Below the pieces are notes generated by a model. That model was not told the origin of the DNA. It saw only the letters and a list, made by a program, of their open reading frames with translations, and made no database searches. Below are positions 57,939 to 64,000 of a stretch of 64,000 bases of DNA, piece by piece. Numbering within the stretch: position 1 is the stretch's first letter; each line of letters opens with the position of its first letter. This DNA is from a virus. Its lineage: Duplodnaviria > Caudoviricetes. Both the position numbers and the translations under genes were made by a program. The DNA lies in the IMG/VR virus record IMGVR_UViG_3300048623_000062, positions 17,144 to 81,143 of that record; one strand, 5' to 3'.

Positions 57939-59887
57939 ATATCCGTTGCCAGGTCTCCGCCTTTCTTGCGACGTCGCAGGATCTGCGAGCGGGCCGGCTT
58001 CTTCGCGGTGTCATCCGGCGGCGCCTCGAGTTGCGCCTTGGCGCGGCCGAGTATGTTTATACAGGCGTTGGGGTCCTGGTCCCAGGATGCCAAGCATGCC
58101 GAACACGTCACGATGCGCGGGTCGCCCGGCCGACGATCGAACTCGTTGAGTGCGCCGCATGGAGCGCACGTCCGAGTGATATTGTCGGACTCGACGGTGA
58201 TGGCGTACTTCGACTCGAAGGCGTTTACCACGGTCTGCCGAAGCAACGATCCGGCGACGAGGCGCTGGGCGTACTTGATCTGCGTGATCTCGACGTCCTC
58301 ACTCTCCGGTGCTGGCGATCGCTGCATCTGGGATAGGTTGGTATCCTCGACGACGACGTAGCGGTACCGCCGGGCCAACTCGCATCCGAGCAAGCGATAG
58401 AGTTCACGCCGGTGGTTGAGTGCGCGACGCCGCATGCCGCTCTCGTAGCGCTCGAGGTGCTCGTCGCGGTAGCGCCACTTCTCGAGCACGGCGTGGGCTT
58501 CCTCGTCACCCTTGAACCGGCTCGATCGCCAGCGGAAGGTGAACTCCCGGATCTTCGCGAGCGACTTCCAGGAGTGCGCGTACGTCGTCCCCCGCACGAA
58601 CCAGTTGGGCACGTGAGAGACCACGCCACGCTCGCTGGTGTCGATGTAGAGGCACATACGCTTGAAGCTCTCGCCGAGGACAGAGTCCCAGTTGGACAGG
58701 TGCCCGTCAGGCGTGCTCTGCGTCGTCGTCTGGTCAGGCGCAAATCCGATGACCGCCTGCTGTACTTTCGCGTAGTGCTCATCACGGATCGCCCGCGCCA
58801 TCGGCACGAACACCGCCTTCATGGCTTCGAAGTCCCGATCCCGGAACCCCTGCAGGGACTCGCTCTTGGCGATCGGGTCGATGACGCCCTCCATGGGGAG
58901 CACGATCTCTTTCTGATAGCCGTCATCACCAACGGCATATCCGGCCCGCAGGCTGCCGTCGGGCCGGCGGCTGAACCCGAGGTTGATGGCGACCATGCCG
59001 GACTCGGGCACGGCGCGCCGGCGCCAGTCCTCCGGCGTGTCGACGAGGATGTGGACCTCCCAGGTCATCATGCGGCAGTCGTGGGGGCGCGAGATGACGG
59101 TGGCCGCCTTGACCACGCTTCCCTCGGGTAGCGGCCTGTGCATGATCATCGGGAACTTCGCCCAGATGGGCTTTTTCTTCTCGTCCGAGCCGATGCGCAG
59201 CCAGAGCATCGTGCGTGACAGGCGGCGGCGATCGCCGCGCTTGGTGCTCAGCGTGTCGTACGCTCGCGGGTCGACCGGGTCGATGCGGATCTGGGTGTCG
59301 GTGCCCCAGAGGTCCTTGAGCTCGATGCCGCCCTGGATCTGCACCCCGATCCGGCCGCCGCGGGTGGCGTGCACGAACTCCGGCATCCCCTTCCCCTTGC
59401 GGGCGGCGTCCGCCGCTGCCTCCTGCAGGAGGTAGGTGCCCCAGTACACGCCGCACTTCGCCCGCTCCGCCTTAATGCGATCCCGGGCGTGCAGGTCGAG
59501 CGCGTTGAGTTGATCCTTCACGGCGCTGTCGGAGATGAGGACCTTCTTGGCCTCGTTCAGCCGGGCACGGATCTCCTTGATCCTCGCCCCGAGGTCACGG
59601 ATTGCCGTCCGGACCTCGGGGGTCTCGTTGCGCCGGCGAGCCTGCTTGCGGCCAGCCTGCATGTCCTCTCGCGCGGCGTCACGCGCGGCCACCGCGGCCT
59701 CGAGCTCGAGGCGGATCGCGTCGACATCCGGGTGATGGGACAGGATCCGGCTCGCTTCCTTGCGGCGATCGCGCTCGATCTCGATGAGCATGTTGCGGTA
59801 GCGGTGCGCGAGCTTGAGTTGGGTCTCGATGGATTCGCCGCCCTGGATGGGCGGCCGAAGGCCGTAGACGAAGATTCGGGGCGGCAT
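57926..59887 (-). CDS. cas12m: Cas12m (type V-M)-like RNA-guided effector, RuvC-I Asp replaced by Asn
   Basis: QLKLAHRYRN, long coiled coil, YWGTY, GRIGVQ, MHRPLP, VAINLGF, VVVEDT, TRTCAPCG...CSAC...WDQDPNACINI. Confidence 0.75.
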   Translation of the reverse strand: MPPRIFVYGLRPPIQGGESIETQLKLAHRYRNMLIEIERDRRKEASRILSHHPDVDAIRLELEAAVAARDAAREDMQAGRKQARRRNETPEVRTAIRDLGARIKEIRARLNEAKKVLISDSAVKDQLNALDLHARDRIKAERAKCGVYWGTYLLQEAAADAARKGKGMPEFVHATRGGRIGVQIQGGIELKDLWGTDTQIRIDPVDPRAYDTLSTKRGDRRRLSRTMLWLRIGSDEKKKPIWAKFPMIMHRPLPEGSVVKAATVISRPHDCRMMTWEVHILVDTPEDWRRRAVPESGMVAINLGFSRRPDGSLRAGYAVGDDGYQKEIVLPMEGVIDPIAKSESLQGFRDRDFEAMKAVFVPMARAIRDEHYAKVQQAVIGFAPDQTTTQSTPDGHLSNWDSVLGESFKRMCLYIDTSERGVVSHVPNWFVRGTTYAHSWKSLAKIREFTFRWRSSRFKGDEEAHAVLEKWRYRDEHLERYESGMRRRALNHRRELYRLLGCELARRYRYVVVEDTNLSQMQRSPAPESEDVEITQIKYAQRLVAGSLLRQTVVNAFESKYAITVESDNITRTCAPCGALNEFDRRPGDPRIVTCSACLASWDQDPNACINILGRAKAQLEAPPDDTAKKPARSQILRRRKKGGDLATDIPTS

Positions 59888-59903
59888 GGAGCGTGGGGGC
59901 CTT

Positions 59904-61043
59904 TCAGCGCGCGGGGGTCGGCGGGTTCTGGCGAGCCAGGATGGGCAGGATGATCAGGTTGACGAGGTCGCAGAACTCCGTCGACGCGGTGACCGAACGG
60001 GCGAGCGCGGTGAAGACCTTGCACAGGTTCCGCTGGCGCGCGGCGACCGAGTCCTGGAGATAGAGGGTCGCGCCCTCGGTCAAACTTTCCGAGAGCATGA
60101 CGGTGTCCGACGGGGTGAGTTCGTCGAACGGATCGATCCCGGTCGGCCTTTCGATCACGTCGAGCACCTGGCTGGTGACTGTCGCCTTGGGCTTGTTGGC
60201 GAGCCACTTCGCGATGTCCCTGGGGCTGGCCAGCAGCCCCAGCATGTAGCGAAGCTCGGTCGCCGCGGCGTGGTCGCGGCCGGCCGTCTCGACGCACGGG
60301 GCGCCGCTCTCGCGGCTGCCGTTGCTCGACTCGAGCTCGACGATACGCCGCTTCAGCATGTAGCGCGCCTGGTCCCAGCGCTGCGCGCGCTCGATGATCT
60401 CGGTGCCGTCCTTGTCCCACGCCGGGACCTGCATGGCGCTGGCGACGCGCTGGACGATCAGGCGGAGGTGCGTGACCTCCTCCAGTAGGGCCGCCTCGGC
60501 CTGGCGTCCGAACGACATCGCCTCGGCGAGGGAGTCCCCTTTTGACGAGGGGGTTCCATCATCCCCGACGTCGCCGGGGTTCTTCAGCTTGAGGAGTGCC
60601 GCGTGGATAGCGCGCGCGGCATCGCCTGGTGTCTGGCCGACCACATCAATACCGAGCTCGCGCCCGATATCGACCAGTAGTTCGATGCCGAACAGCGCGG
60701 CCTCGGCCACGGTTCGTTCGAGCGGCGGCTTCGATAGCGCGACGGACGCCGCGAGATTGCCAGGCTGCGGCTTGGCATCGTCGCCCAGCCGGGCGATCTC
60801 CTGATCGACGAGGTCGTCGAAGGTGTCGCGTGCTTCCGCTCGGACGGAGGTTCCCGGAAGCCCCTCGGCATCTCGGAGATCCTCGATGGCCTTTGCGAGC
60901 GGCGCCTCGTACTTCGAGACGTTGTCGGAGGTGATGCCGCTCGGGCGCGGGATCTTGGCGCCGAGCCGGTTCGCGATCATCGCGATCAGTGAGCAGGCGG
61001 CGGTGAAGTTGGCGGCGGTCTTGTCGTTCTGAGATTTGGTCAC
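59904..61043 (-). CDS. helical hypothetical protein
   Basis: AAAGGA SD before GTG 61043. Confidence 0.7.
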   Translation of the reverse strand: MTKSQNDKTAANFTAACSLIAMIANRLGAKIPRPSGITSDNVSKYEAPLAKAIEDLRDAEGLPGTSVRAEARDTFDDLVDQEIARLGDDAKPQPGNLAASVALSKPPLERTVAEAALFGIELLVDIGRELGIDVVGQTPGDAARAIHAALLKLKNPGDVGDDGTPSSKGDSLAEAMSFGRQAEAALLEEVTHLRLIVQRVASAMQVPAWDKDGTEIIERAQRWDQARYMLKRRIVELESSNGSRESGAPCVETAGRDHAAATELRYMLGLLASPRDIAKWLANKPKATVTSQVLDVIERPTGIDPFDELTPSDTVMLSESLTEGATLYLQDSVAARQRNLCKVFTALARSVTASTEFCDLVNLIILPILARQNPPTPAR

Positions 61044-61072
61044 GGTATTCCTTTGCGGGTCACGCAGGCTTC

Positions 61073-61190
61073 GTCCCAGCAGTAGACCGCTGGGCACGTA
61101 TTGAGTCGAGGTTGACGCAGGTCCACATTCGCGACGCTGTCCACGGCGCGCGAGGCGCGTCCCGGGATGAGTGGCGCACCACTCCACGGG
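61073..61190 (-). CRISPR. intergenic cluster C of stem-loop-AC units
   Basis: CCCG-loop-CGGG-AC, two GTGGAC ends, CCCAGC-loop-GCTGGG-AC. Confidence 0.45.
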
Positions 61191-61254
61191 ATTGAGGCCA
61201 CGTGGCTGGCCTTGATGTCAAACGCAAGGGCGCGGCTCGCAGAGCGCCGCGCTG

Positions 61255-61743
61255 CTAGAGCGCCTTCACCTTGTGGAACTCTCGGTCGTAGAGTTGCCCA
61301 TCGGCGTCATCGATCCTGAACTGCAGGTCGCGGTTCAAGCTCAGCGCCCCCTTGAGCATGCTCACGAGTGCGGTAAGCGCCTCGGCAGCCTCGTGGCCGC
61401 GCAGGTCAGAACGCAATCCGTGCACGATGGTAGCGAAGAGGTCGTCCTCGCGGCCGTCGGTGAGGCTACCCTGCGCGGCGTCGACGTCGCGCGCGGCCTT
61501 GAGCAGCGTGAACGCGAGCCGCCGCGCGGCCTGCGGACTGGCGCTGAACCCGGCGCCGGACATCTGGGTCACCGGGCCGATGACGTCCGGACTCCGGCTT
61601 GGCGTTCCGATGATGATCCGCGCCTCGTCCGGGTAGGTGTCGCCCACGTCCATGATGGCGTGCACGGCGAGCACCGTCGGGCTCTGGCCATCGTCGGTCA
61701 GTAGACCGCTGATGTGATTGTAACTCTTGTCTTTCTTCGACAT
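61255..61743 (-). CDS. hypothetical protein
   Basis: Same GCAAAGGAATA SD as the 61043 gene. Confidence 0.7.
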   Translation of the reverse strand: MSKKDKSYNHISGLLTDDGQSPTVLAVHAIMDVGDTYPDEARIIIGTPSRSPDVIGPVTQMSGAGFSASPQAARRLAFTLLKAARDVDAAQGSLTDGREDDLFATIVHGLRSDLRGHEAAEALTALVSMLKGALSLNRDLQFRIDDADGQLYDREFHKVKAL

Positions 61744-61848
61744 CTCATATTCCTTTGCTGCACGTCAGTCGACGCCCCGGAAGACACAGAGGCACCAGGC
61801 CCCAGCGTTCAAGGGCGCCGGGGTGCCCTTGTTTTCAATCCTGCGCAA

Positions 61849-61871
61849 GTCCAGAGCGGTGACATCTGGCT
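61849..61871 (-). CRISPR. single unit AG-CCAGA-loop-TCTGG-AC
   Basis: Fits the consensus; 5-bp stem only. Confidence 0.35.
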
Positions 61872-61883
61872 GCCCTCGCGGTA

Positions 61884-61973
61884 GTCAGCATGGAACGCCG
61901 TGAGGAATTTCTCGGCGTGCACTCCAGAGTTGGCCCCTGACGGGATTGGCTACCCACGGCGTTCCCTGCTGAC
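61884..61973. repeat. 19-bp inverted repeat (1 mismatch) around 52 nt
   Basis: 61884-61902 versus 61955-61973. Confidence 0.8.
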
Positions 61974-62018
61974 GTGTTCGTTTGTATTACGAGCACCAGC
62001 CGCACGCAAGCAGAAACG

Positions 62019-63425
62019 TCAGGGCGTTGGGCATCCGGATCCCACGCAGACGGGGACCGAAGCGAGGTTCAGGCCTAGACGCGGCGCGACGATCGGCTGG
62101 GGCGAGCCGTCCAGGGCTGTGACGGCCGTCAGATTGCCCACCACGACGTTTCCATCGACCTCGAGACCTACGACAGGGGTGATGGTTCCGCGCGCGTAGA
62201 CGGCAGTACGGCCGGCCCCGGGGACCGTCCAGGTCATGTGGTTCCGTAGCACCTTCAGGCGTGAACTGCTCTCGCTGTACACCCCGAAGCTGGGCGTGGA
62301 CTGTGTCATGGCATTGTCCGACACGATCGCGTCGTCACAGGTGCCGGTGCCGTGCGGCACGATGCGCACCATCGGCCCCGGAGAACCCTCGCGCACGAGC
62401 TTGTTGTCGGTCACGCGCAGAACGGACAGGACCGTCGAGCCGTCCGGCGCAGTGCTCGTCGCGCTGCAGGTGTTGCTGACCTCGATGACGCCCTGGCCGT
62501 CCTTGCCCGGGACCAGCGGTGCCCTCGAGCGCATCCAGATGGTCTCGTCGTGGATGGACACGCCGGACGAGCGGACGACCGAGATCCCGCGGCCGATGCC
62601 GATGTGCTGGTTGTTGTAGATCTCGACGTTGGCGGCCGTGGTGATCGCGATGTCGTAGTCGCCCTGCGTGCTGGGGCCGCTGATGAACTTGTTCTCGGTG
62701 ATGGTGACGTCCATGACCTCGAGGCCCGGCGCCCAGCCGGTCACCTCCATGTCGAAGTGCTGGTCCGCCGTTGCGCCCTTGCAAGTGTTGCGGCGGAACA
62801 TGAGACCGCGGACGCCGCGCTGCACGCCGACGCACGAGCGAGCTCCATCAAGGATATTGTCCTCGATGACCACGTCCATCAGGAGCGTGCTGAGGCCGTC
62901 GCCCAGCAGGCGGATGCAGTCGCCGCGGCGGGTGACGCCGCGCGGGTGGATGCACTCGCTGTTGCGGATGGTGAGGCCGACGATCGGCGTGCAGGTGCCC
63001 ATGGCCTGCGAGCAGATGCCGTTTGTGCCCCACAGGTGGGTCTGCTCATCGGTGTTCCAGGCGTTGGTGCTGGTGAGCGTCACGCCATCGAACACGATGT
63101 TCTTGGCGCCGGCATTGATGGCCCACAGGGTGGTCGCCTGCGCGCCCTGGTCACCCACGAGGTCCACGAACGATCCCCCCTTCACGCCCTGCACGGTGAG
63201 GCCGTTATGGTGCGTGCTCACAGCTGCAAACCGGTCCCAGATGCCAGGACCGGAGCCGCGGCGGTGCACGCGAAGGTGGCCGCGCGGGATGCATAGCGTC
63301 CCGCGCGGCGGTGTCGCGTCGATCGCCGCCTGGAGTTGCGCGGTGTCGTCGAGGTCGTCGGTCGGATCGGCGCCGAAGTCGACAGGGTTGATGCAGGTCG
63401 TGGCGAGCGCCAGTGCGAACAGCAT
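62019..63425 (-). CDS. right-handed beta-helix (pectate-lyase-like/GH) protein with signal-like N-terminus
   Basis: NPVDFGADP...DDTAQLQAAID...LCIPRG; repeated I.I.N/D rungs. Confidence 0.8.
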   Translation of the reverse strand: MLFALALATTCINPVDFGADPTDDLDDTAQLQAAIDATPPRGTLCIPRGHLRVHRRGSGPGIWDRFAAVSTHHNGLTVQGVKGGSFVDLVGDQGAQATTLWAINAGAKNIVFDGVTLTSTNAWNTDEQTHLWGTNGICSQAMGTCTPIVGLTIRNSECIHPRGVTRRGDCIRLLGDGLSTLLMDVVIEDNILDGARSCVGVQRGVRGLMFRRNTCKGATADQHFDMEVTGWAPGLEVMDVTITENKFISGPSTQGDYDIAITTAANVEIYNNQHIGIGRGISVVRSSGVSIHDETIWMRSRAPLVPGKDGQGVIEVSNTCSATSTAPDGSTVLSVLRVTDNKLVREGSPGPMVRIVPHGTGTCDDAIVSDNAMTQSTPSFGVYSESSSRLKVLRNHMTWTVPGAGRTAVYARGTITPVVGLEVDGNVVVGNLTAVTALDGSPQPIVAPRLGLNLASVPVCVGSGCPTP

Positions 63426-63577
63426 TCCGTCAGTATCGGATGCGACGACAGCCGTGCCCAGCAAAATGTAGGGTCGCTGGGAACCAATTGATGCAATCGC
63501 CTAAGTCTCGCTGCTGAGGCCAGCGAGCAAACCTTGGATAGGACCTGGTCTCGCAGGATGGGATGCAGGGTTGCGAG

Positions 63578-63925
63578 CTACCCGTTACCGTACTTCGCCG
63601 GCTTCGTCTCGAGCGCTTTGCAGGCTCGGTCGGCGATCTCTATGGCGGTCGCGTGCGACCCCGTGTCGTCCCCGATGACACCCACGCACGCCGCAAAGAC
63701 AGCATCCCATGTCCGCTCGTGCATAGCGGCGTCGTGGGTATGGATATCGCCGAGGTCGCGGCCGGTCTCCACGAGCTCGACGATGGCCTGCGCGACGGCG
63801 TCCTGGTTGTTTGCGGCGTTGAACCACTGACTGCCGTGGCGTTCGCCCATGACGCGGTCGATGACGTCCATCACCTGCTTGTGGGTTACGTGCGGCAGAC
63901 GCTCAGCGATCGGCTTGACGGCCAT
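63578..63925 (-). CDS. hypothetical protein
   Basis: ORF track. Confidence 0.6.
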   Translation of the reverse strand: MAVKPIAERLPHVTHKQVMDVIDRVMGERHGSQWFNAANNQDAVAQAIVELVETGRDLGDIHTHDAAMHERTWDAVFAACVGVIGDDTGSHATAIEIADRACKALETKPAKYGNG

Positions 63926-64000
63926 CGCCGCGAGCGCTCCGGCGTTGTGGCCACCCTTGCGATCAGGAACTACGAAATCGATTCCGTACGCCTTGCAAGC

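Noticed and set aside
56941-57940. Canonical CRISPR array with identical repeats
   Set aside because: No identical 25-40 bp repeats at regular spacing; only the structure-level pattern is claimed.
57926-59887. Active IS200/IS605 TnpB transposon
   Set aside because: No tnpA, protein is longer with a Cas12m-type N-terminus, and RuvC-I Asp is absent.

Overview
High-GC bacterial virus or provirus segment; I saw no host housekeeping, rRNA or tRNA genes. (1) 1-22.4 kb, minus strand: virion module of a tailless, probably membrane-containing virus. It has a repeat-rich fibre, two adjacent single-jelly-roll-like capsid candidates, an Arg-rich core protein, many small proteins with C-terminal transmembrane (TM) anchors that share an N-terminal MxY...[LMV]G[DAG] leader, and a transglutaminase-like Cys-His-Asp protein. 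(2) 22.7-34.7 kb, plus strand: small early-type genes separated by two families of repeated hairpins, a frameshifted/split C5 methyltransferase and a ParB-family protein. (3) 34.9-44.4 kb: lysis-like genes, a J-domain protein, a capsid paralogue, a lytic transglycosylase, a phosphatase, a GH25 lysin, a tyrosine recombinase and a kinase. (4) 45-57 kb: replication initiator with iterons, adenine methyltransferase, DUF5131- and gp88-like genes, more virion-like genes. (5) 57-64 kb, minus strand: a Cas12m-like effector with an Asn at the RuvC-I catalytic position. It has no canonical CRISPR array, but about 20 dispersed units of the form (AG)-C-stem-loop-G-AC occur around it. A 13-bp palindrome TTGCCASTGGCAA occurs at least 10 times at about 5 kb spacing, resembling KorB operators. 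All assignments come from motif reading by eye; no database searches were run.
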